This document shows, one piece after another, positions 48,419-57,732 of a stretch of 64,000 nucleotides of DNA. Made by a program: the position numbers and the translations under genes. This stretch comes from a bacterium (GTDB lineage: Bacteria > NPL-UPA2 > JAUVJM01): positions 2,207 to 66,206 of the forward strand of contig JAUWGW010000006.1 of NCBI GenBank assembly GCA_030606215.1, given 5' to 3'. The stretch's first letter is position 1. Each line of letters begins with the position of its first letter. The notes under the pieces are model-generated. The model searched no databases. It worked only from the letters and a program-made list of their open reading frames with translations, and was not told where the DNA came from.

Positions 48419-48698
48419 AAAATGAACCTTGAGTTTAATTGTCCATATTGCAATAAGGTACTCGTAGGTAAACTCCCTACCAAAAGCGCAGAAAAACCTC
48501 ACCTTCAGAGCCCCAATTTCTATGTCCCAAAATCGCCTTCTAATTCACATTTTTGCTAATTTCAGCAAAATAAACTTGCAAGTTTTTAGTTTTTATGTTT
48601 TAAATGGGGACAAGTGATAAGATATCCCATTATATTTTAGCGGAAATAATTTCCGAAACATCAGAAATGAAAAAGCTTTGAAATTGAGGGGGGGAGAG

Positions 48699-49238
48699 AT
48701 GGAGGTAAGAATTAATCATTCAAAACTTGAACTTAAGGAAGGGGATATTACAGAGGCCGACACCGAAGCAGTTGTGAATGCGGCAAACAGGAGTCTTCTT
48801 GGAGGCGGTGGGGTTGATGGTGCAATTCACCGCGTGGGAGGTCCAGAAATTCTTGAAGAATGCAGGAAACTTGGTGGCTGTGAAACAGGTGATGCAAAGA
48901 TTACAACCGGAGGGAATCTCAAAGCAAAATGTGTGATTCATACTGTTGGTCCGGTTTATCAAGGTGGAGGAAAGGGCGAAGCAGAATTACTTGCAAGCTG
49001 CTACCGCAGGAGTCTTGATGCTGCAAGAGAAAATGGTATAAAGAGTGTTTCTTTCCCGTCAATAAGCACAGGGGCGTATCGGTATCCTATGGAGGAAGCC
49101 GCTAAAATTGCTCTCAGGACTGTTACAGATTATCTGAAGAAACACCAGGAAGTTGAACTTGTCCGTTTTGTTCTATACGGCAAGTCAGCCTATGATACAT
49201 ATTCACAAGCGCTCGCTGCACTCACCGAAAACACCTGA
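48699..49238 (+). CDS. Macro-domain protein (MacroD/Af1521-type ADP-ribose-binding or processing)
   Basis: About 179 aa from ATG 48699 (GGGGGGAGAG RBS). DITEADTEAVVNAANRSLLGGGGVDGAIHRVGGPEILEEC...KITTGGNLKAKCVIHTVGPVY is the canonical macro-domain core. Confidence 0.8.
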   Translation: MEVRINHSKLELKEGDITEADTEAVVNAANRSLLGGGGVDGAIHRVGGPEILEECRKLGGCETGDAKITTGGNLKAKCVIHTVGPVYQGGGKGEAELLASCYRRSLDAARENGIKSVSFPSISTGAYRYPMEEAAKIALRTVTDYLKKHQEVELVRFVLYGKSAYDTYSQALAALTENT

Positions 49239-49320
49239 AGGTACACCTCCACCCTTCCTTCCCCCTCTAAATCCTCTCGCCGAATAGTTTTGTCCCGATA
49301 CGGACTATATTAGCTCCTTC

Positions 49321-49977
49321 TTACTCTTTCCTGAACAGCGGTATTAAAAAGAGTCCTGCGAAAAATCCGCCAATGTGAGCTAACCATGCGACATTTGTCT
49401 GATGCAAAGAGTAAGCGTTTATGAACTGCAGGATAATCCATAAACTCAGGATAATGAGAGCAGGTATTTCTACAAGCCGTATAAAGAAACCAAAAGTGAT
49501 AAGCGTAAGTATTTTGGCTTTTGGGGAAAGAATGAGATAAGCTCCAAGCACACCTGATATTGCGCCGCTTGCTCCTACCAGGGGAATTATTGATTCGGGA
49601 CTACTTCCTATATGAACAATACTTGCGACTACACCACATATTAAATAGAAAAAGATAAAACGCAAATGCCCGACTCTGTCTTCAACATTCCTGCCAAAGA
49701 TCCAGAGATAAAGCATATTCCCAATAATGTGAAGGAGCCCGCCATGAAGGAACATTGATGACAGAAGTGTCAGTTGAACCGGGTGTCCAAGTAGCGGGGG
49801 CTTATCCACTCCGTGTGAGATTTCATAGGGAATCGCTCCGGCCTGCATGATAAGTTCTTCCCTTGCTTCCGGCTCCAGGGAGAGTTGATACATAAAAACA
49901 GCTATATTTATGAGAATAATTAAGATGGTAACAAATGGGAATGTCTCTGTAGGAATATTGTCTTTTAGCGGAATCAT
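49321..49977 (-). CDS. Rhomboid-family intramembrane serine protease
   Basis: 218 aa. HGGLLHIIGNMLYLWIFG...GASGAISGVLGAYL (catalytic Ser in GxSG) ... catalytic H in AHIGGFFAG. About 6 TM. Confidence 0.8.
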   Translation of the reverse strand: MIPLKDNIPTETFPFVTILIILINIAVFMYQLSLEPEAREELIMQAGAIPYEISHGVDKPPLLGHPVQLTLLSSMFLHGGLLHIIGNMLYLWIFGRNVEDRVGHLRFIFFYLICGVVASIVHIGSSPESIIPLVGASGAISGVLGAYLILSPKAKILTLITFGFFIRLVEIPALIILSLWIILQFINAYSLHQTNVAWLAHIGGFFAGLFLIPLFRKE

Positions 49978-50195
49978 TCCTCCACTTTCTTATTTATACT
50001 ACTGCAGCGGGGGCAGGTGGATAGGTCATCTTTAGCATCAATATAGACATATGTACATATAGAACAGCACCAGATATTTTCTGTGTTCAGTGAAGGAAGA
50101 CTTTTCCTTCCTTCTGTGCGAATCCAGACAAACAGTAATATACAGCAGATTGTTAAGAGTTGTAATCCAACTGTAGAAGTGAAGCTACTTTCCAT
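49974..50195 (-). CDS. Small hypothetical protein with C-terminal CxxC...CPRC zinc-ribbon-like motif
   Basis: 73 aa. ...WCCSICTYVYIDAKDDLSTCPRC. Overlaps the rhomboid start by 4 nt. Weak call. Confidence 0.3.
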   Translation of the reverse strand: MESSFTSTVGLQLLTICCILLFVWIRTEGRKSLPSLNTENIWCCSICTYVYIDAKDDLSTCPRCSSINKKVEE

Positions 50196-50553
50196 CGCTG
50201 TCCTCCAACTCCTCAGTCAGCGGGGGAGTTTCCTTTTCATGAATTTCTATTTCCAGAAGCTCCTTATCCCCATTTTTCAGGAATGAACTAATATTCTCAG
50301 GTTCTGGTAAAAACTCAATATCAATCACGGGCCACAAGACTTCCCAGACCTTTCTGCTCTTTAAAAGGTTTGATCTGGCAGGGGCTGTTCCAGATAATTT
50401 TTCCCCAATCATTGAGAACTTTTCCCCGGGCATTCTTATGAATGAGATGGTTACTTTCTCCTGATGCTCTCTTCTCCCATTGAGGTTGAGGGCAGGATAG
50501 GTGGAAAGAATTGCAATATGCAATATGATGGATATAGGAATTGCTATTTTCAT
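50185..50553 (-). CDS. Short membrane-anchored protein downstream of exbD (possible truncated TonB/TolA-like partner), hypothetical
   Basis: 122 aa. N-terminal TM (IAIPISIILHIAILS), an acidic C-terminus, and no clear TonB C-terminal domain. Position as third gene after exbB-exbD. Confidence 0.3.
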   Translation of the reverse strand: MKIAIPISIILHIAILSTYPALNLNGRREHQEKVTISFIRMPGEKFSMIGEKLSGTAPARSNLLKSRKVWEVLWPVIDIEFLPEPENISSFLKNGDKELLEIEIHEKETPPLTEELEDSDGK

Positions 50554-50945
50554 TTCTCTGGTTCTGTTGCGATGGCAATTTGTTTGATCCCGCTATCCCG
50601 TGCAATACCCATAATTTCAATAACATCCTTATGTGTAACATTCCCATCTGCCTCTATGATAAGCAGAGGGTTTCCCCCTTTCTTCCCCGCAAGTTTTGCT
50701 GTTAGTTGAAGAAGAATTGACAGCCCTTCTTTGCTGACCTTCCTGCGATTTAAAAAGATTACCCCGCCAGGTGTCAGAGTAACTGTTGGATTATCCTTTG
50801 CCACAATATCCCCGCTGATTCTCGGAGGAAGTTCCACTTTCGCCGCAGATTGATAAAGAAAATTCCCTGAGAGAGTTAGAAAAGTTGCAATCAGAACGAA
50901 AATATCAATGAAAGGAATGAGAACCACACTCATATTTATTTTCAC
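50550..50945 (-). CDS. exbD: Biopolymer transport protein ExbD/TolR
   Basis: 131 aa. A single N-terminal TM (VLIPFIDIFVLIATFL) followed by ...LLIIEADGNVTHKDVIEIMGIARDSGIKQIAIAT matches ExbD/TolR. Confidence 0.8.
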   Translation of the reverse strand: MKINMSVVLIPFIDIFVLIATFLTLSGNFLYQSAAKVELPPRISGDIVAKDNPTVTLTPGGVIFLNRRKVSKEGLSILLQLTAKLAGKKGGNPLLIIEADGNVTHKDVIEIMGIARDSGIKQIAIATEPEK

Positions 50946-51070
50946 TTCTTTCCCCCTTACTACTTAATTTTCTATTTTGTGAAGTCTGTGGCCTGCATTC
51001 ACCCTCTCCTTAATCCTCCCCCTTGAAGCCCGCCTGCCGGCGAGGCAGGGCGAAGGAGATAGGTGGGGGC

Positions 51071-51697
51071 TTATTGTTCAGGGAAAATGTCAGCAAGTTC
51101 GGATATAGTCCTGTCAGAATCTCGTCTGATTTCATCTATTCTGCTTAAGAAATAGTTATGAGCTAAAATGGTTGGTATCGCAACCATAAGGCCCGCCGCA
51201 GTGGTGAACAGTGCTTCTCCGAAACCAGCGTCTAAATTTCCTTGACCGATAAGTTCCATCTCGCTCTGCAATTGCATGAAAACTTCAATCATTCCTAGGA
51301 CTGTTCCGAGGAAACCAAGCAGAGGCGCTATATAAGAAATGGTCGCAAGAACCGGGAGATATTTTTCGAACTGTGAAAGTTCAAGCTGTGCTCTTTCCTC
51401 CATTGCCTCGCAAATCTTCGTTTTCCCCCTGTCATGTTTCAATACACCGGATTTGATAATCCTTGTGATTGCAGAGGGATACTTATCACATAGAGAGATA
51501 GCTTCTATAATTTTTTCCCTTTTCAGGATTGGCGACAGTTTACTCATAAATTTTGCCCTGTTAAGTCCGCCCTTATGAAAACTTATGAAGCGGTCTATTA
51601 TCATAGCAAACGACACAACGGAACAGAAAAGTATGAGATAGATAAGAACCTGTCCATGAAAAGCAAGGTCTTTTCCCATCTGAAATAGATTAACCAT
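51071..51697 (-). CDS. exbB: MotA/TolQ/ExbB proton-channel protein
   Basis: 208 aa. YIAPLLGFLGTVLGMIEVFMQL and ...TTAAGLMVAIPTILAHNYF are the TolQ/ExbB signature helices. Confidence 0.85.
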   Translation of the reverse strand: MVNLFQMGKDLAFHGQVLIYLILFCSVVSFAMIIDRFISFHKGGLNRAKFMSKLSPILKREKIIEAISLCDKYPSAITRIIKSGVLKHDRGKTKICEAMEERAQLELSQFEKYLPVLATISYIAPLLGFLGTVLGMIEVFMQLQSEMELIGQGNLDAGFGEALFTTAAGLMVAIPTILAHNYFLSRIDEIRRDSDRTISELADIFPEQ

Positions 51698-51698
51698 T

Positions 51699-54338
51699 TT
51701 ATTCTCCCTTCATTATTTTTTCTATTCTCTGGCGTGCTAACTCTCCCTTCACCCCATCCGGGTCAGCAGACAGTATCTTCCTGTAAAAACTTACCGCTTC
51801 CTCAATCTTGCCCTGTTTTTCAAAGCAGATTGCGGCAGATTCCGTAGCCTTAAGCACCAGATTAAAACAGGCAGGATAGAGATAGACAACCTTTAAATAT
51901 TCAAAAATTGCTTCTTCAAATTCCCCGAGTTTATGGAAGCAGGAGGCTATTCTGAACTGTATCTCTGCAGACTGTTTTTCATCTCCTGTCTCCCCGATTT
52001 TTTCAAATGTCCGGACTGCTTCTCTATATCTACCTAATTTCTGTAAAGTTTTGCCCATCTGGAAGTATGTCTCTTGTGCAAATTCATCTTCGCCCTTCTT
52101 TACGATTTCACGATATATGCTCAATGCTTTATTATCCTTACCCTGAAGAGCTAATAGATTCCCAATTCGTAATTTCACTTCTGTAACTCTGGGATTCTCA
52201 GGGAAATTTCTTATAATCTCATTGAATTCTCCCGCAGCTTGCTCATATTTATTTTCTTTCTCAAAACATCTTCCGAGCCAGTAGTGAGCATCAGCTTTCG
52301 CCTCTTCCTCAGGAGATTCAATCAGTGATAATAATATATCTTTTGCCTTACCAAATTCTTTCTTCTCATAGAAGCCCCTTCCAAGCCAGAGTTTCGCTTC
52401 CGTTGAGCTCCTCCCTTCAGGGGAGAACGAGATATATTTCCCGAATATAAGTTCTGCAGTATCTAAATTGCCGAGCTGGAGCTGGCATAACCCCATCCTG
52501 AAATGAGATTCATGCGCTTCAACACTATCCGGGGAAAGTTTCCCGACCTTCTGGTAAGTGTTTATAGCTTCTTGATACAATTTTTTCTGGCATTGAATAT
52601 TACCCAGATTGAAGAAGGCTCCTGACAGAAGCTCACTTTCCGGGAACTTTTCAATAAAGTTTTCATAATACTTTCCTGCCTCTTCTATTTTCCCTGAGTG
52701 AAGCATACATACTGCAAGCCAGTATTGCGCATCATCGCTGATGTAATTTTCTCCATTAATAAGAGGTTTAAAAACAACTCCTGCCTTTTGAAACTTGCCT
52801 TCCTGATAAAGGAGCTTACCAGCCTGGAATTTTGCTAAGTTGGAAAGTTCCCCCTTAACATTATTATAACTTGCTATTGCTTCTTTGAGCAACCCTTCCT
52901 TAGTGAGACAATCCCCAGTCTTCATATATGAGAGGTCTTTATCTCCCACTTTCTCGAAAAATTTCCTTGCTTCCTGGTATTTGCCCATGTTTAAGAGTGA
53001 CTGCCCGATGCAACAGGTTGCCTCGGGCGTCAATTCGCTATCTGGAAACTTCTCACAGAACTTCTTGAATGCATCAATTGCGTCTCTGTAATTTCCTCCT
53101 TTGAAGAGGCTTGCTCCTATATAGAAATGACCTTTCTCTTCCCATTCTCTTCCAAACTCTCCGTCTATCAATTTCTTATATTCCTGACTTGCCTGTATAA
53201 ATTCCTCCCGGGAGAAGAAACTATTTCCCAATTGGTAAAGGATAACAGGTTGCGCTTTCTCCGCCCATTCACTTTGAGGGTAATTATTCAGCAAGTTTTC
53301 TAAAGTTGAGATAGCTTCCTTCTCCTTCTCAGGGTTTATTAAACATCTCCCGAGATGATACAGCGCAGGCGGCGTTACCTTGCTTGCGGGGAATTTCTCC
53401 AGCAGCTCACGATAAAGAATAATTGCAGTATTGAGTTCACCGCAGGATTCATGAATATAGGCAATAGCGTATTGAGCTTCATCAACATACTCGCTCTCGG
53501 GAAATGAAGTGATAAGTTTTTTAAAACTTTCGATTGCCTCCTCACTATTCCCGAGCTTGAAGAAGGTCATCCCAGTTCCATATTGAGCGTCATCAGCATA
53601 CTGGTTTTGGGGGAAATTCTTTAAGATCCTCTGAAAAGAGAATCGCGCTTCTTTCAATCTTCCAGATGAAAGATACACCTGGCCTAACCGGAATTGGGCG
53701 GGCGCGATGAGTTTACTGTCAGGGAATTTTGCAATGATAGTCTTGAATGAAGATATTGCATCCCCTAACAGGTTCATTTTGATGAGGCAGATGCCTCTTG
53801 AAAAAAGTGCGTGTTCAATGTAAGGAGAGTCGGGATATTTTTTCTGTAATTGTAGATATATTTCGCATGCCTCCTCAAATTTATTAGCTTTGATGAGCGC
53901 CTCAGCGAGCCAGTATGTAGCCGCTGGTGCAAACTCACTTTCTGGATAATCTCGCAGAAACTTTTCAAAAGTAGAGATGGTTTTAGCAAAATCATTTTCT
54001 CCAAAGAAACATTTGCCAATCCGGTATACGGCTTTCTCTCTTACCTCATTAGATTTACTGGCAAGCGTATATTCCTCTCTTGCCTTTGAAAATTTTCCCT
54101 GTTTGAATTCACATTCTGCGAGAAAAAAATGAGCCAGTGGCACTTTTTTACTTCTGGGATATTTAATGATGAATTTCTCAAGCTGCTTCCCCGCTATTTC
54201 ATAAAGTCCATCGGAATAAGCGCCTTCTGCCAGTGAGAAATCTTCTTCCTCCCCGGAGAAGGCAAACTGAGTTATTATGGAAAGAAATACAACAACAAAA
54301 ATGGGGAAAGGTCCTAATTCCTTATGCCGCATGGACAT
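51699..54338 (-). CDS. Large secreted tetratricopeptide-repeat (TPR) protein
   Basis: 879 aa. N-terminal signal peptide. More than 20 repeats of the ...A.Y..G.......G.Y..A...F..........P.S..A..A... type. Co-oriented directly downstream of exbB. Confidence 0.8.
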   Translation of the reverse strand: MSMRHKELGPFPIFVVVFLSIITQFAFSGEEEDFSLAEGAYSDGLYEIAGKQLEKFIIKYPRSKKVPLAHFFLAECEFKQGKFSKAREEYTLASKSNEVREKAVYRIGKCFFGENDFAKTISTFEKFLRDYPESEFAPAATYWLAEALIKANKFEEACEIYLQLQKKYPDSPYIEHALFSRGICLIKMNLLGDAISSFKTIIAKFPDSKLIAPAQFRLGQVYLSSGRLKEARFSFQRILKNFPQNQYADDAQYGTGMTFFKLGNSEEAIESFKKLITSFPESEYVDEAQYAIAYIHESCGELNTAIILYRELLEKFPASKVTPPALYHLGRCLINPEKEKEAISTLENLLNNYPQSEWAEKAQPVILYQLGNSFFSREEFIQASQEYKKLIDGEFGREWEEKGHFYIGASLFKGGNYRDAIDAFKKFCEKFPDSELTPEATCCIGQSLLNMGKYQEARKFFEKVGDKDLSYMKTGDCLTKEGLLKEAIASYNNVKGELSNLAKFQAGKLLYQEGKFQKAGVVFKPLINGENYISDDAQYWLAVCMLHSGKIEEAGKYYENFIEKFPESELLSGAFFNLGNIQCQKKLYQEAINTYQKVGKLSPDSVEAHESHFRMGLCQLQLGNLDTAELIFGKYISFSPEGRSSTEAKLWLGRGFYEKKEFGKAKDILLSLIESPEEEAKADAHYWLGRCFEKENKYEQAAGEFNEIIRNFPENPRVTEVKLRIGNLLALQGKDNKALSIYREIVKKGEDEFAQETYFQMGKTLQKLGRYREAVRTFEKIGETGDEKQSAEIQFRIASCFHKLGEFEEAIFEYLKVVYLYPACFNLVLKATESAAICFEKQGKIEEAVSFYRKILSADPDGVKGELARQRIEKIMKGE

Positions 54339-54383
54339 TTAACTCCTCCCTTGGAGAAAATGGGATGTGTCCCTATTTTGGGT

Positions 54384-55073
54384 CTACATTGCCATCTTAT
54401 GATCTTTCTGTCTGTTCACAACTTTTTTCCAGAGCCTATCATCAAGATGACTCACATCATTAATTGAAATGAGAACCGGGACTGCATCATTTTCTCCCTG
54501 GGATTTAAAAAGAATTCTCGCTATACCAGTTTCCAAAATTCCAATATGTGCATAGGCTAACGGAAGATGCCACTGGAGTAGATGAGACAGAATCACAATA
54601 CTCATGCCACCATGACATACAAGACAAATTGTTTTTTCTCTATTGGGTTCTTCTACTTTATATATAAATCCATCTCTTACATAACTGTATTGTGAGAGTA
54701 ATTTATCAAGCCCCGAAGAGACTTCTTCATAAACCTCTCTCAACTCTTTCCCTGCCCAGTATCCATCCTCCCAGAAAATTGGGTCAGCAAATTTCCCTTT
54801 CTTGAGATATTCGTTATGGGGTTTCGCCCAGGGGTAATCTCCCTTATCAACTTCCCTGAGCCAGTGAAGGACTTCTGGCTTAATACCTGTAGCCTTAGAG
54901 ATATGCTCTGCTGTCCTGATAGCCCTTCCAAGAGGACTCACATATAGGGCATCTATTTTTTCAAGTCTTGTGATTCTCTCCGCAAGTTGAACTGCCTGTT
55001 GTTCTCCTTCTTCAGTAATTGAATCTGTATCGTAGATTGGATTCGCATGCCTGACAATTAGGATTTGAAGCAT
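54384..55073 (-). CDS. Histidine phosphatase (phosphoglycerate-mutase-like) family protein
   Basis: 229 aa. LQILIVRHANPIYD...LYVSPLGRAIRTAE... fits the RHG-type catalytic-core architecture. Confidence 0.55.
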   Translation of the reverse strand: MLQILIVRHANPIYDTDSITEEGEQQAVQLAERITRLEKIDALYVSPLGRAIRTAEHISKATGIKPEVLHWLREVDKGDYPWAKPHNEYLKKGKFADPIFWEDGYWAGKELREVYEEVSSGLDKLLSQYSYVRDGFIYKVEEPNREKTICLVCHGGMSIVILSHLLQWHLPLAYAHIGILETGIARILFKSQGENDAVPVLISINDVSHLDDRLWKKVVNRQKDHKMAM

Positions 55074-55148
55074 TTTTTCACACTCCTTCCCTCATACAAT
55101 TATATGAACTAACGGGATGAAAATCAATAGAATTGATTTTGCATCATT

Positions 55149-56465
55149 CTATTTTGGCGCCATACAAAAATCTTTTGCTTTCGCCAGGTCTTCGGGTATC
55201 AAAAATCTTACAGTTGTTCGTTCAATAGCACGCTCACCTCGGAGTGCTAAATTTAAGCAATAAGCTTTGTCAGGTTTATATGTGCCAATGAAACTCCTAA
55301 GGGATTTGCTTATCTTGAATTCTCTTAAATCAACAGCTTTGACTTCAAAAGGAATGGGTTTGAGACTTGGAATCACAAAGTCTACTTCTGCGCCAGCCTT
55401 GGTCCGCCAAAAGTTTATGGGACTTGAATACTTCAAGCGCTCGCCCAAACAAAGGTAGGAGAAATTCTCAAAAAGGCTGCCCTTATCAGGGCGAAATTCG
55501 AAATCCCCAAAGCTTCCGATAGCAAAATTTCTTATACCGTGGTCACGAAAATAAACCTTAGGGCTTTTCAAGAGTTCTTTCCTGGGATTTCTATGAAAAG
55601 GTTTTACAAAATCCAGGATAAAGGTTTGTTCCAAATAAAACAGGTAGTGTTCTAGTGTATTCTTATGGATACTCAAAGTGTTGGAGAGCTCATGCTTATT
55701 TACCAGATTTCCTATTTGCGAAGAAAGAATCTTAACAAGGTTGCGGAATGCCTCTTCGTTTTCGATGTTAAGAAAAGACTTGATATCCTTCTCGATGTAA
55801 CTTTGGAATATCTCTTTGAGAAGCTGCAGTTTTAAATCTTCTTCCTTGGCCAGAGCAACTGCAGGGTATCCTCCATATGTGACATAATGATTCAAAACTC
55901 TTCTAAAGTCCTCTTTTTTCTCTATGACTTCATTGACACTCTTCCTTGGGAATAGGGCCTGAGAAAGTTCTTCCAGGTTGAAAGGATTAAGACGAAAAAC
56001 TACCTTTCTTCCAGTAAGAGCTTCATGAATTTTGCTTCTAATCTCCAGTGAACTTGAACCTGAGACTATCAGTTTAGCTGGTAGGTGAAGATCATAAATA
56101 CCTTTTAGAAATAAACCCGGTTCCTTTAAACGTTGAACTTCATCAATCAACACGTAGGACTTCCTTTTTGATTTGATTATTAAATCAACCAAATAATCCG
56201 GATTATCAAAAAACTGAAGCTGATGAGGAACATCAAGGTTAAAATAGTATATGTTGTCAGTCTTCGGGAGAAGGGCATCGTTTATTAACTGATAAAGGAG
56301 AACACTTTTTCCGGTTTGGTGAGCACCAGTAACAATAATTATTTCTTCTCTCTCAATCCATGGTGCTATTTTCTCTTTTATCTTACGCTGAACTACCTGG
56401 GGTGGCAGCTTTACCCCAAGCCTTTCCAACTCCTTTTTCTTTTTGCTATATCTCATTTTTGCCAT
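55149..56465 (-). CDS. AAA+-type ATP-binding protein with C-terminal DUF4143-like domain
   Basis: 438 aa. Walker A IIIVTGAHQTGKSVLLYQL and Walker B LIDEVQRL. The C-terminal region is typical of the ATPase+DUF4143 family often found next to R-M and defence genes. Confidence 0.7.
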   Translation of the reverse strand: MAKMRYSKKKKELERLGVKLPPQVVQRKIKEKIAPWIEREEIIIVTGAHQTGKSVLLYQLINDALLPKTDNIYYFNLDVPHQLQFFDNPDYLVDLIIKSKRKSYVLIDEVQRLKEPGLFLKGIYDLHLPAKLIVSGSSSLEIRSKIHEALTGRKVVFRLNPFNLEELSQALFPRKSVNEVIEKKEDFRRVLNHYVTYGGYPAVALAKEEDLKLQLLKEIFQSYIEKDIKSFLNIENEEAFRNLVKILSSQIGNLVNKHELSNTLSIHKNTLEHYLFYLEQTFILDFVKPFHRNPRKELLKSPKVYFRDHGIRNFAIGSFGDFEFRPDKGSLFENFSYLCLGERLKYSSPINFWRTKAGAEVDFVIPSLKPIPFEVKAVDLREFKISKSLRSFIGTYKPDKAYCLNLALRGERAIERTTVRFLIPEDLAKAKDFCMAPK

Positions 56466-56589
56466 GATGCAACTCCCTCACTATTTGCACATGTACTTTT
56501 AGCAAGGTTATTATAACATAGCAAAATAGTTAGTCAAGTACTTCTTGCCTTATCACGGAAATCCAGTTTGGTGTTCCTGCCCTTCCGTC

Positions 56590-56700
56590 GTTTAGACCTT
56601 GAGTCGTTTGTGAGGCGTTTATTAGGCATTTTAGGCATTTATTAGGCGTTTGAGCCCTTTGTGAGCCTTTCATGATTCCTTTGAGTCCTTTCAATCAAAT
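56590..56700. repeat. Low-complexity region with ~10-bp periodic T-rich motifs (cgtttattaggc / atttattaggc / ctttgtgagc / ctttgagtcc)
   Basis: Read directly. It lies in the 430-bp intergenic region between the hsdS 3' end and the ATPase 5' end. It is not a CRISPR (no spacers; unit about 10 bp). Confidence 0.3.
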
Positions 56701-56895
56701 ATTTTTGTCCGATATCTGTCCATTATTTGTCCTTTATCATTCATTCATAAGCTCGTTGCTGCAAGAATATATAACCTTTTTCCTATTTTGCGCAGGGGAC
56801 AGCCTGTTTTCTCCCTCCAGTTACGCCTTTGAATGGTATTTCTTGAAATTCCCAGGATCTCTGATATTTGTTCAACAGTTAAAATATCTTTACAC

Positions 56896-57732
56896 TCATA
56901 CTCTGACTTTTCCACTTAATAATACCTGCGTCAAACCTTTCTTGATATCTTCCAATCTTTCCTCATGAACAATTTCCTTATTTATTTCTTCATCAACAGA
57001 TGACAAAATTTCAGCAATCTTTTCCTGTTCGGCAAGAGTGGGAAGAGGAATTTTTGTCTTCTTAAACTTCTTATGGCCGATTCCGCGGGTCAGCAATTCC
57101 TGCATCAACCCCCTTTTTAGCTCTTTCGTCTTTTCTATGATCTCCTTCCTTTTCTCAATTGCCTCATCTACGGTTGATAGGATCTTGGCGATCTTTTTTT
57201 GTTCGGGCAGAGGTGGAAGGGGTATTACAATTCTCTCAATGCTTTTTCCACTAACATTAGGCTGTGCTCCGCCGGCAGCATCTATGAGCAAATCTTCTTT
57301 GAACCTTTTCGTCAACACTACCTGTCCTAAATATCTCTTTGCAATACGGTTTGAATCTTCAATCATAAATCTGCCAACACGTTGGTTAAGCAATGCTGGT
57401 AGGTCTTTCTTTGAAACAACCCCTATTTTTCCGGTTGTTGCACCGGACATAGCAACAAGTACATCCCCATCTTCAAGCAGAAAATCACTAAATTCCTTAG
57501 CAAAAGAGGCTGGAAGATATACACATTCATTTAACATAATCCCACTAGAGGTTACATTTGATATTCTGACTAAAGGCACACCTCTTCCTTTATAATCGCT
57601 ACTTTCAAAAGCGAATCCTCCCTGGAGACGTACTGTTTCCCCAAGATTGACAATTTCCCAATCCACTGGAATCTCGCCAATCTCCGTTTTCTTAAATTTG
57701 TCTTCGGTTCTTAAGCTATCTGCTTGTACCAC
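56896..57732 (-). CDS. hsdS: Type I restriction-modification specificity subunit, single-TRD (half-size) form
   Basis: 278 aa. One variable target-recognition domain followed by the conserved helical spacer, IPLPPLPEQKKIAKILSTVDEAIEKRKEIIEKTKELKRGLMQELLTRGI. A second conserved repeat (IPLPTLAEQEKIAEILSSVDEEI...) follows and the protein ends without a second TRD. Confidence 0.8.
   Translation of the reverse strand: MVQADSLRTEDKFKKTEIGEIPVDWEIVNLGETVRLQGGFAFESSDYKGRGVPLVRISNVTSSGIMLNECVYLPASFAKEFSDFLLEDGDVLVAMSGATTGKIGVVSKKDLPALLNQRVGRFMIEDSNRIAKRYLGQVVLTKRFKEDLLIDAAGGAQPNVSGKSIERIVIPLPPLPEQKKIAKILSTVDEAIEKRKEIIEKTKELKRGLMQELLTRGIGHKKFKKTKIPLPTLAEQEKIAEILSSVDEEINKEIVHEERLEDIKKGLTQVLLSGKVRV

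Noticed and set aside
50946-51070. GC-rich exbB-exbD spacer (ccccttgaagcccgcctgccggcgaggcagggcgaaggag) as a mobile element or ncRNA
   Set aside because: It contains only a short 6-bp hairpin (cctgcc/ggcagg). There are no flanking repeats and no conserved ncRNA features recognisable by eye. Noted under the ExbBD finding instead.
56590-56700. CRISPR array
   Set aside because: The repeat units are only about 10 bp with no spacer-sized unique segments and no cas genes. No CRISPR was found anywhere in the window.
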